In this document: positions 37,759-48,379 of the stretch, one piece after another
Layout of the letters: every line of letters begins with the position of its first letter
How positions within the stretch are numbered: position 1 is the first letter of the stretch
From: Antedon mediterranea
Taxonomy: Eukaryota > Animalia > Echinodermata
Assembly (NCBI RefSeq): GCF_964355755.1
Contig: NC_092672.1
Location: 18,675,237 to 18,739,236 of the forward strand
Length of the DNA stretch: 64,000 nucleotides
Direction: 5' to 3'
Notes under the pieces: model-generated
The model's database searches: none
Told to the model about the DNA's origin: nothing
Seen by the model: only the letters and a program-made list of their open reading frames with translations
Position numbers and translations under genes: made by a program

Positions 37759-39153
37759 TTACCGCATTGTATTACATCTACTTGTGGCAGCATATATGTA
37801 ATGATTACTTTGTATTTCCAAGTACATGGCATCGACCTCTTTATCATCTGGTGCCTGAGCAGCAAACGATCTTCTCCAGATTGTGGCATCTCTTGTGCGA
37901 GGTAACGGTAACGTCATTCTATCGCGAGGTTCAAAATACACTTCAGGTTGACGTACTATTGTTGTAGTTTGATTTGTTGTGATGTTTCTTGAACATAAAC
38001 AATAATAATAAACTGGAATCATAACGATGATTACTAATAAAACTACACAAGCAACAATGATAATGACGATGACGTCAGTAGATAATCCTGTAGATGTTTC
38101 TTTATTGACAGTGTTATTTCCACGTGATTGATTATTTTCATTATAATCAATAATTACAGAATCTTTAGCTGTTGAAACTGTGACATCATTTTGTGTATCA
38201 GATTGTATCGTTAACGTAACACTTGTTGATGAACTTCCAATTTGATTTTCAGCTGTGCACGTGATTACAGTTCCATCCTGTTTCATTGTGGGATTATACA
38301 ACATTAATATGTGTCCAGTATTATCAATGTTGTATTCAGTTTTGTCGAGTGGTGGAAGAGTTAACCATGTATAAATAGTAACTGCAGGGTTAGCGGTAGT
38401 GTCACAAATGAAGAAAGCTTGCTTACCGGCAGATATCAAACCTGTTTGAGGAATGCTAACTCTTGGTTTGTAATATATTGTCAGTGGTTGCGTTGTACAA
38501 TTTCTATTAAGATCAGGAATTTGTATATTTGTCATTGAACATACAACTTTATATCCAATTAATTCAGGATTAGCAATTAATCTCTTTTGTAATCTTGCAG
38601 TTTCTCCATCAACTATCTCAACAATATGTGTAGCGCCATCATTCCATCGTAATGTTACTGGCGGTTCTGTATACTCAGAAATACAGAAAAGCATGACGTC
38701 ATCACCTTCTGTGTAAACATCCTGAGATGCTGTACATAATGGGTATTTATCTCCAGGAATTTGTATTACATCAAAAAATGCTTTATTTGACTCCAGTACA
38801 AGAGTATTATTTTCAAATATTTCACATTGATAAAATCCACGATCGCTATTCCAAACACTATTGAACATAAGATTATACGTAATAGTCCCGGTGTTTCTAC
38901 TCACATCGACAAAAAAATGATTTAAATTTTTCAAATCTTCTCTTATTTTATCTTCAGTGGCAATATATCCATTGCCATTTTTCTTCCATCTTATCTTGTA
39001 TTGGTATTCAAGACTAAGTTGTGTTTTTAAAATACAAATTAACGAGCTAGTTTCTTTTACGTTAGATGTAGAGTTTCTAGGATGGTAATCGAAAGACAAA
39101 CAGCGTGCAAGTTGAAACAATACTACTTCAAACAATACTACAACAATCTTCAT
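37759..39153 (-). CDS. IgSF receptor A8; V type b
   Basis: Same architecture, 464 aa. Confidence 0.92.
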   Translation of the reverse strand: MKIVVVLFEVVLFQLARCLSFDYHPRNSTSNVKETSSLICILKTQLSLEYQYKIRWKKNGNGYIATEDKIREDLKNLNHFFVDVSRNTGTITYNLMFNSVWNSDRGFYQCEIFENNTLVLESNKAFFDVIQIPGDKYPLCTASQDVYTEGDDVMLFCISEYTEPPVTLRWNDGATHIVEIVDGETARLQKRLIANPELIGYKVVCSMTNIQIPDLNRNCTTQPLTIYYKPRVSIPQTGLISAGKQAFFICDTTANPAVTIYTWLTLPPLDKTEYNIDNTGHILMLYNPTMKQDGTVITCTAENQIGSSSTSVTLTIQSDTQNDVTVSTAKDSVIIDYNENNQSRGNNTVNKETSTGLSTDVIVIIIVACVVLLVIIVMIPVYYYCLCSRNITTNQTTTIVRQPEVYFEPRDRMTLPLPRTRDATIWRRSFAAQAPDDKEVDAMYLEIQSNHYIYAATSRCNTMR

Positions 39154-39601
39154 TGTTTATGTTATTATCGTATTAGAAATGATGTTTTACACTATGTTGT
39201 CTCGAAACAATCTCTGATAATATTCCTAAAATGAACAGCAAACGACTGCGAATTTATAATTTTAGAAACATGTCCAGACAAATATATGATTTTGGTACTC
39301 GTTTTGAGGAAACTATATAAGTAAGAATCTACATCAGTGTCACCTTTCATTAATCTTACTTATGTAAAAGTATGATAGACTTGCAAAATGATTTAAGAAA
39401 CTTTTTACTTCACTGATTGCTGGAAAATGTTACGTTATTGAATTAGGCATAACTCATCGTAAATGATAGGAAAATATAAAAGGATATTATTTCTCATTAT
39501 AATATTATCTACTTCTATAGGTAGTACCATATTAATTTATACATCAACATTGTGAAAGTTAAGGTTGTACTCTCTGAAAAAGGTAATAGGAAAGAGGCTT
39601 A

Positions 39602-40996
39602 TTAGCTAATTGTATTAGATCTACTTGTGGCAGCATATATGTAATGATTACTCTGTATTTCCAAATACATGGCATCAACCTCTTTATCATCTGGTGCCTG
39701 AGCAGCAAATGATCTTCTCCAGATTGTGGCATCTCTTGTGCGAGGTAAAGGTAACGTCATTCTATCGCGAGGTTCAAAGTACACTTCAGGTTGATGTACT
39801 ATTGTTGTAGTTTGATTTGTTGTGATATTTCTTGAACATAAACAATAATAATAAATTGGAATCATAACGATGATTACTAATAAAACTACACAGGCAACAA
39901 TGATAATGACGATGACGTCAGTAGATAATCCCGAAGATGTTTCTTTATTTAATGTGTCATTTCCACGTGATTTATTATTTTCATTATGATCAATAATTAC
40001 AGAATCTTTAGCTTTTGAAACTGTAACATCGTTTTGTGTATCAAATTGTATCATTAACGTAACACTCGTTGATGAATTTCCAATTCGATTTACAGCTGTG
40101 CACGTGATTACAGTTCCATCATGTTTCATTGTTGGATTAGACAACATAAATATGTGTCCAGTATTATCAATGTTGTATTCAGTTTTTTCGAGTGGTGGAA
40201 GAGTTAACCATGTATAAATAGTAACTGCAGGATTAGCGGTAGTGTCACAAATAAAGAAAGCTTGCTTACCGGCAGATATCAAACTTTTTTGAGGAATGCT
40301 AACTCTTGGTTTGTAATATATTGTCAGTGGTTGCGTTGTACAATTTCTATTAAGATCAGGAATGTGTTCATTTGTCATTGAACACACAGCTTTATATCCA
40401 TTTAAATCAGGATTAGCGATTAACCTTTTTTGTAATCTTGCAGTTTCTCCATGAACTATTTCAACAACATGTGTAGCGCCATCATTCCATCGTAATGTTA
40501 CCGGAGGTTCTGTATACTCAGAAGCGCAGAAAAGCATGACGTCATCACCTTCTGTGTAAACATCCTGAGATGCTGTACATAATGGGTATTTATCTCCAGG
40601 AATTTGTATTACATCAAAAAATGCTTTATTTGACTTCAGTACAAGAATATCATTTTTAAATACGTCACATTGATAAAATCCACGATCGCTATTCCAAATA
40701 CTTATGAATATCAGATTATACGTAATAGTCCCGATGTTTCTACTTACATCAACAAAAAAATGATTTAAATTTTCCAAATCTTCTCTTATTTTATCTTCAG
40801 TGGCAATATATTCATTGTCATTTTTCTTCCATCTTATCTTGTATTGGTATTCAAGACTAGGTTGTGTTTTTAAAATACAAATTAACGAGCTAGTTTCTTT
40901 TACGTTAGATGTAGAGTTTCTTGGGTGGTAATCGAAAGACAAACAGCGTGCAAGTTGAAACAATACTACTTCGAACAATACTACAACAATCTTCAT
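39602..40996 (-). CDS. IgSF receptor A9; V type b with a type-c patch
   Basis: Same architecture, 464 aa; C-terminus NTIS. Confidence 0.92.
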   Translation of the reverse strand: MKIVVVLFEVVLFQLARCLSFDYHPRNSTSNVKETSSLICILKTQPSLEYQYKIRWKKNDNEYIATEDKIREDLENLNHFFVDVSRNIGTITYNLIFISIWNSDRGFYQCDVFKNDILVLKSNKAFFDVIQIPGDKYPLCTASQDVYTEGDDVMLFCASEYTEPPVTLRWNDGATHVVEIVHGETARLQKRLIANPDLNGYKAVCSMTNEHIPDLNRNCTTQPLTIYYKPRVSIPQKSLISAGKQAFFICDTTANPAVTIYTWLTLPPLEKTEYNIDNTGHIFMLSNPTMKHDGTVITCTAVNRIGNSSTSVTLMIQFDTQNDVTVSKAKDSVIIDHNENNKSRGNDTLNKETSSGLSTDVIVIIIVACVVLLVIIVMIPIYYYCLCSRNITTNQTTTIVHQPEVYFEPRDRMTLPLPRTRDATIWRRSFAAQAPDDKEVDAMYLEIQSNHYIYAATSRSNTIS

Positions 40997-41454
40997 TGTT
41001 TATGTTATTATCGTATTAGAAATGATGTTTTACACTATGATGTCTCGAAACAATCTCTGATAATATTCCTAAAATGAACAGCAAACGACTGCGAATTTAT
41101 ATTATTAGAGACATGTCCAGACAAATATATGATTTTGGTACTCGTTTTGAGGAAACTTATAACATTAATTAAAGTAAGAATCTACATCAGTGTCACCTTT
41201 CATTAATCTTACTTATGTAAAAGTATGATAGACTTGCAAAATGATTTAAGAGACTTTTTACTTCACTGATTTCTTGAAAATGTTACGTCATTGAATTAGG
41301 CATAACTCTTCGTAAATGATAGGAAAATATAAAAGGATATTATTTTTCATTATAATATTATCTACTTCTATAGGTAGTACCATATTAATTTATACATCAA
41401 CATTGTGAAAGTTAAGGTTTTACTCTCTGAAAAAGGTAATATGAAAGAGGCTTA

Positions 41455-42831
41455 TTATCTCATTGTATTAGATCTACTTGTGGCAGCATATATGTAATGA
41501 TTACTCTGTATTTCCAAATACATGGCATCAACCTCTTTATCGTCTGGTGCCTGAGCAGCAAATGATCTTCTCCAGATTGTGGCATCTCTTGTGCGAGGTA
41601 AAGGTAACGTCATTCTATCGCGAGGTTCAAAGTACACTTCAGGTTGATGTACTATTGTTGTAGTTTGATTTGTTGTGATGTTTCTTGAACATAAACAATA
41701 ATAATAAACTGGAATCATAACGATGATTACTAATAAAACTACACAAGCAACAATGATAATGACGATGACGTCAGTAGATAATCCTGTAGATGTTTCTTTA
41801 TTTACAGTGTTATTTCCACGTGATTTATTATTTCCATTATAATTAATAATTACAGTATCTTGAGCTGATGTAACTGTATCAGATTGTATCGTTAACGTAA
41901 CATTCTTTGATGAAGTTCCAATTCGATTTTCAGCTGTGCACGTGATTACAGTTCCATCCTGTTTCATTGTGGGATTAGACAACATTAATATGTGTCCAGT
42001 ATTATCAATGTTGTATTCAGTTTTGTCGAGTGGTGGAAGAGTTAACCATGTATAACGAGTAACTGCAGGATTAGCGGTAGTGTCACAAATAAAGAAAGCT
42101 TGCTTACCAGCGGATATCAAACCTGTTTGAGGAATGCAAACTCTTGGCTTGTAATATATTGTCAGTGGTTGCGTTATACAAGTTCTATTAAGATCAGGAA
42201 TGTGTTCATTTGTCATTGAGCATACAGCTTTATATCCATTTAAATCAGGATTAGCAATTAACCTCTTTTGTAATCTTGCAGTTTCTCCATGAACTATTTC
42301 AACAACATGTGTAGCGCCATCATTCCATCGTAATGTTACTGCCGGTTCTGTATACTCAGAAACACAGAAAAGCATGACGTCATCACCTTCTGTGTAAACA
42401 TCCTTAGATGCAGTACATAATGGGTATTTATCTCCAGGAATTTGTATTACATCCAAAAATGCTTTTGTTGACGCCAGTACAATATTTTCAGTTTTGAAAA
42501 CATCACATTGATAAAATCCACGATCAGTATTCCAAACACTTACAAAGACAAGATCGAATTTAATTCGTGTACTACTTCTTCGTATTGTAACAATAAAATG
42601 ACTTGAATCTTTTAGATTATCCACTATATTTCCATTAGTAGCAATATATTCTTCGTCTTTCTTCCACTTCATATCATATTGTATTTCGTCGTTTGTTTTA
42701 TATTCTACAATACATGTAAGTGAAACTGCTCCTTCTGCTTGTACGGTTGAATTTAATGGATGCTCATCAAATAAAAGACAGCTTGTAAAACGAAATAAAA
42801 GAACATTAACAGCAAACACAAACCTTAACAT
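41455..42831 (-). CDS. IgSF receptor A10; V type d-like (start taken at MLRFV)
   Basis: Same architecture; shortened stalk as in A4. Confidence 0.92.
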   Translation of the reverse strand: MLRFVFAVNVLLFRFTSCLLFDEHPLNSTVQAEGAVSLTCIVEYKTNDEIQYDMKWKKDEEYIATNGNIVDNLKDSSHFIVTIRRSSTRIKFDLVFVSVWNTDRGFYQCDVFKTENIVLASTKAFLDVIQIPGDKYPLCTASKDVYTEGDDVMLFCVSEYTEPAVTLRWNDGATHVVEIVHGETARLQKRLIANPDLNGYKAVCSMTNEHIPDLNRTCITQPLTIYYKPRVCIPQTGLISAGKQAFFICDTTANPAVTRYTWLTLPPLDKTEYNIDNTGHILMLSNPTMKQDGTVITCTAENRIGTSSKNVTLTIQSDTVTSAQDTVIINYNGNNKSRGNNTVNKETSTGLSTDVIVIIIVACVVLLVIIVMIPVYYYCLCSRNITTNQTTTIVHQPEVYFEPRDRMTLPLPRTRDATIWRRSFAAQAPDDKEVDAMYLEIQSNHYIYAATSRSNTMR

Positions 42832-43069
42832 TCTTGAATAATTTTGAAAATACGTATTATACATAATTAGTATCATTCCCATATAAACGTATACTTTTGT
42901 AGTATATTGTCGAAACGTTTAAATATTGAGTAAATGTTTAATCATTACCATAGCACACGTATTAATAATTGAACTTGTCAGAAACATGCTCAGCTGAATT
43001 TGTTATTATGTTACGCGTTCTTAATTATAACAAAAAACAGAAACATATTATGCACAGTAACTTACTTAG

Positions 43070-43180
43070 TATATAGCAATGGTTACTCTGTATTTCCAAG
43101 TACATTGCATCAACCTCTTTATCATCTGGTGCTTGAGCAGCAAACGATCGTCTCCAGATTGCGGCATCTCTTGTGCGAGG
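43070..43180 (-). pseudogene. Truncated cytoplasmic-tail relic of an eleventh cluster A gene
   Basis: Near-identical to the tail-coding DNA (PRTRDAAIWRRSFAAQAPDDKEVDAMYLEIQSNH); homology stops abruptly at 43180. Confidence 0.85.
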
Positions 43181-43319
43181 TTTTCATATGTGTTATTTAT
43201 TAATATAATATACTGGATATAAGTATATTTATTGTATTTTTTTATATTAAATCTTATCTTTGTTTTATTGTTTTTATTATGTTTATTACATTTTTTTATG
43301 GAAAAACAAGAAAGACAAG

Positions 43320-44020
43320 ATATCAAGAAAGGTAGTAATTCGAAAAATAATTCAAGGTGGTCTAAACATTTGTGATTTTTAAAGCAAATGCCACTCGCTT
43401 AAAGCCATTTGGGCAACAATAATTTTGTCAGGGTCTGCAACATGGATACAGCTTGCAACATCCTTTCTTGATACGTTTGGACCTAATAGGTTGATCTTAA
43501 AAATGAACATAGATAGATAGATAATCTGGAGTCTATTCCATTATTTTACCAACAAATTGTTCTTGCCTTATGTTTATGTGCTTAAAATGCCGCCTAGTCT
43601 CCGAAATCTTCATTTGATATTAAAAAAGAAATTTTTTAAAATCGAAATAAGCTTTAAACATCGGATAGACTGTGGTATTGTTTATATTGATGATCTTTTA
43701 AATGAACACGGTTTGTTATGTCAATATCATATTAAAAAAAACTTAAATCATAAACAAACTGGAAAGCCGAAATTAAATCAACTCTTGACTCTACTCCAGC
43801 TGCATGGAAAGAAAAATACGTAAGGATCCACTTAAATTAAAAACCATACCAGCTGATGAAAGAATCATAAAAACTTAAGACCTATATAATGAATTGATAT
43901 TAATAAAATCCACTCCTCCACATAATATTTTAAACAAATGGGGGAAAATGTATGTCACAGTGCAATTAAATGGAATAATGTATGGTCAGTGAAGCTACAC
44001 AACATTAAAGATATGGATTG
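43320..44020 (+). mobile_element. Decayed L1/Tx1-like non-LTR retrotransposon ORF2 fragment (region after RT)
   Basis: Frameshifted peptides QGGLNICDF..KANATRLK and FKHRIDCGIVYIDDLLNEHG. Confidence 0.55.
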
Positions 44021-44805
44021 CTCATTTAAAAAGCAATTGAGGGGGTCGGGTTTTTTAGGCGAGGTTCGTAAAATTTTCAGCCTAAATAGATTTTAAGAAA
44101 TTAATTAATATTAAATTAATTAATTAAGTATGTTAAGATATGACCCAGAGAGTGTTGATGATATAAAGAAATATCCATACTGGCCACATAAGCCAATCTG
44201 GGAGCAGAAGGCATAGGCACAACATGCATCCATTGTCAACAAGAGATAGTGCCAATTAAGACTCCTTATTGGTCTGGTAAACATTTTGAAATATGAACCA
44301 TCCATGTTGTTAAAAGAACCATAACATTGTAATGGCAATATTGTTTACATCTCTTGTTTCAAATTGTAATTTAGTACTGTAATTCAGGAGTAGTAATAAC
44401 GTGTTTCACCAATAACTATTAATTCAATACAAACCATTACCTAGAATGTTGAATGAGTAACAGATATGAATAAATGAAAGAGTTATATTAAAACAATATA
44501 TATATATATATATTTAAACGGAAACCATTTTAGGATTTTTTCTTTAAACAAGTTAATTTGTTATGTTAATATTATTTTTAGATTTTTCATATAAAATGTA
44601 AATCTATTAAACAGGAATTGTTAAGTAAATTATTAAATTTGTAACTTGATGTTTTTAAGTTTAATAGAATTAAGACATGTTCATTCTTCAGTAACAGCTG
44701 AAAATATGGTCACATGGATCATTATAATGAGAAAACATTGTATGAAAATTAAATGTTGTGAACGGTAAAATAAAAAAAAAAGTAATATGCTACAATATGA
44801 ATTTT

Positions 44806-44990
44806 GGATTTTCCCCTAAAAGCATGAAAACTGCAAAGGTCACTCCTATATACAAAAAAGGTAACAAATCTGATCCCAACAATTATCGACCAATTTAAAA
44901 TTATTTAATGATCTTCCCGACGAAATTAAAATGGCACCTTCAAACAAAATATTTTCTTTTAAACTTAAACAAATTCTATTCCATAAATAA
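44806..44990 (+). mobile_element. Internally deleted L2/CR1-group LINE relic
   Basis: KTAKVTPIYKKGNKSDPNNYRPI (RT N-terminal motif) joined directly to the ORF2 C-terminus LFNDLPDEIKMAPSNKIFSFKLKQILFHK*. Confidence 0.7.
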
Positions 44991-45275
44991 CTTATAATAA
45001 TAAAAAAACATATTTATTTTGGTTTTTCTGTGCTTCCATATTATTTGTTATATTATTGTTGTCTTGCGTTACCTGTTTGTTTGTCTTGTTTTGTTTTCTG
45101 TTTGTTCAAACTTTAATATGATTACAACTTCTTAACTGGCTACCCGTCAAAAGTTTTTTTGGAGGGAATCTTCCAAATTTTATTACTTTCTGGGTTTTTG
45201 CCTCTTAATTATTTATATTTAAATTGTTATTTTGTTTACTTTGAAAGATAAGAAATAAATGTTATTATGAATGAA

Positions 45276-45370
45276 AATTGTGTTAAGAAATGAATATGCT
45301 AGAATATGAATTGTGTTAAGAAATGAATATGCTACAATATGAATTGTGTTAAGAAATGAATATGTTTAGG
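45276..45370. repeat. Short tandem repeat of ~33 bp, about 3 copies
   Basis: aattgtgttaagaaatgaatatgcta(g/c)aatatg repeated. Confidence 0.8.
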
Positions 45371-48300
45371 AAAATGAATAGGCCTACGCTAATTGAATGT
45401 GTTAAGACATTTATGTTACGTTATGAATATTATGAAATAAAAGAAAAAAAAATGTTTATTACATAAATCATTGCACTGCTTATATTAATACAATAAATAA
45501 ATAAACATAAATATAGCAACTATATTGGTATACATATTACTACCAATACTACTAATTAATTCAACGTGATGGTAATTTTTATTTTTATAGCCATTTGATT
45601 AGTTAGTCCCGACGTGTACGATTGAAGGTATCAGCTGGCTTATAAATAATATAGAATCATATTGAAATCTAACCTGTTAGTGTATGCCTTCTGTAACGGC
45701 TCTTCAAACGCTCCTTTCTACTCAAGATGGAAGCGGCGGTATATTTAATCTATAAATGACTTATAAAACAAATAATGAACGTTTTTTATTCGTTGAATGT
45801 TAAATATAATATATATCCCAAGATAAACAGTAAAATGCTATATCGGATGTTTAGTGTTTAATTTTATATTGTGATGGCCACGATATTTACATATTGGTTG
45901 ATGATAGCTCCCTCAATCAATCCTTAATCGAAACTCTGTTTAATGTGACGATATAGATGGCGCCCCTTTTCTATGAGTCATGTTATGTTAATGATATGCA
46001 TTTCATACATCTTATTAAACTATAATTTCCATCTCATTAACTCTTCTATGCATAGAATTCATATAATTATCTGGCGGTGACTAATGCTTGTTTTTCGTAC
46101 ATAATGAGTGCACCCTGTGACGTGAAAGAGTGTGAGCATTTTATAATCTGATTTCTGTTCGCATCAATAGGCCTACAAAACATTTACAATGAATAGAAAA
46201 ATTGAATAACATAGTTTAATAACTATTTAAACAAAATTTAAATACTTGTAATGATAACATTATGTCTCTTTTTAACATTTTCATTTCGTGATTTATTAAA
46301 AAAATATATATTGTCATGTAGGAGGCCTTTCAAATATGTATTAAATAAATAAAGACATTTATTACTGATATTAAATTACTTGTATAATATGTAGGCAAAT
46401 ATTTTTTTTAAAAACACAGATATAAACATTTTCTCACAGGCAAAGTAATCTTATATTATCAGGTTGAAATTAAGAATTATAATTTTGAACATTGCATAAC
46501 ATAAATATAGTAAATACCCCGACAAAATTATGCTGTAACATGTAATTTCTCAATGTTACGAAATATAAATGCCGTCACTTTCAGATGACTCATCTTGGAT
46601 CTAAATGGAAATTGCCATATGTCTCGTTCGTAATACAATTACTAGACTGCTTATTATTCTTATCGACCGTCTTTTTCGCATCTTATTATCCTTTGTCTTG
46701 GCAATAAATGACTGCGCAATCTCCTGTTCGTTAATCATATTCACACTGCATGAATATGAACGTATTGAAAGTTATTGACGTCAAAAAAACCCGGATGGCC
46801 ATCAAAATTTAAAAATGAACATCTCATTTAGAGCTGTACAATAGACAACATTACCATTTTTTAATTTGCCTATATTATAGCAACACGACATTTATTTTTA
46901 ACAGATTTTTAAAACGGCGTGAATTATTTACTTTCAGTAAAAAAAAGTGTTTAATTTTAAGCTAGAATGTACAATTTTAAAGCAATTTTTAAATATAATT
47001 TTCAAGTTGTTTTGCGCCCTCTATATTTTCTACTAAAATTGCCACGATTCAGAGGACGTCTATCGGTTCGTGGTGTCATTCAAACTTACTTAACATAATA
47101 AATATAATACTGCCAAGCCCTTCTTTGTTGCCAGGATATTCAGCCTACATTTTACCCAATATGTTTTAGAAACGGTAGTGTTTGCCAGAAAACATTGGTT
47201 GGGTGGTGTGGTTGATTATGTCTTAATATTGTTTATATTGAATAAGTTAAGTACGCTTGTTATTATAATCATGCTATAGATATTGTGATTTCCTGGGATC
47301 ATACCTCAATATAGTATTTTTATATACTGTTGGAGCTATTATGAATTCGTGGTACTTAAACGTGAATTTAAAGTCAACGAATATGATATTAATAATACTA
47401 CTTCTATTGAATAATTTAGTTGTTTGTTCTTTATTAGTTTCCACATATAATACATATAATTTTCTTAATAAATCATTAAATATTTATAAATGTTGATGGT
47501 GGTCCCAATATCTCTAGAAGCAGACTTTAAGCAGAGGCCACCATTAACAAAATAGAAAAAAAAAACATGATAAAGGTAGAATGGTTTATGACATAGAATG
47601 TAGGCCTACATATACCAACCGTGGCTGCACATGTCATAATTCAGCTGAGAAGGAAAAAAAGGCATACAAATGAAGGAATAAGTAATTAGATAGTAAAATA
47701 TAAATCATAACAGAAGACTTAACACACCAATACCAGATGCTTTTTGATATTGAATTTAAAAGAAGAAGAAGTTAGTTGAGATATAAAAAAACGGGTCGAA
47801 ACTATTCCATAGTTTTGGTCCATTATAAAAAAACATTTTTTCCTAAGCAAAGTTATATTTTTTTAAATTGTAACACTACCTTTTGCAAATCTAGTTAGGT
47901 ATCAGTGTATATCAGACTCATGCTGTTTTGGAAATAAAGAAATGTGTTTTGGTAATGAATTATTAATAAAACGATACATGAACGTGTAGGTTTGTTTGTT
48001 TGAGATCAAAAACTTTTAGGCCCATTTATTATGCCTGGGATGATATAATACTGTACTCGAGCTGTTTAACCGGATTTCAGCTATTAAAAACAATTATTGT
48101 AGAAGGAGATAGGTAGGCCTAAATGCGAAGCATCCTCGTATTATTAAGTGTGGGTATTTTTCAGCATCATTATCCATAGACAGTGAATGCCACGATCGGA
48201 AAACACCCCTATTTGGAAAAATCGTTGAACCTAAATTCGTTTTGATTGTCTAATTATCTAATTCAACTTAATAAATGGTCTCTAGGATCTGAGTCAGATT

Positions 48301-48379
48301 TGTATGCATTTAATTTAGAAGAGAATATCTCAACTGTTATAGGATAATTTGACTCCAATAAACAACATGGGATGTGTGC

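Noticed and set aside
27363-43020. RAG recombination signal sequences (V(D)J-like rearrangement)
   Set aside because: The conserved motif has a 17-bp spacer, no CACAGTG heptamer, lies upstream of the signal peptide rather than next to V, and each gene is already complete
25982-43203. Recurrent short plus-strand ORFs (MWQHICNDYF..., MCSFVIEHT...)
   Set aside because: Antisense shadows of the homogenised Ig coding sequence, often with non-ATG starts
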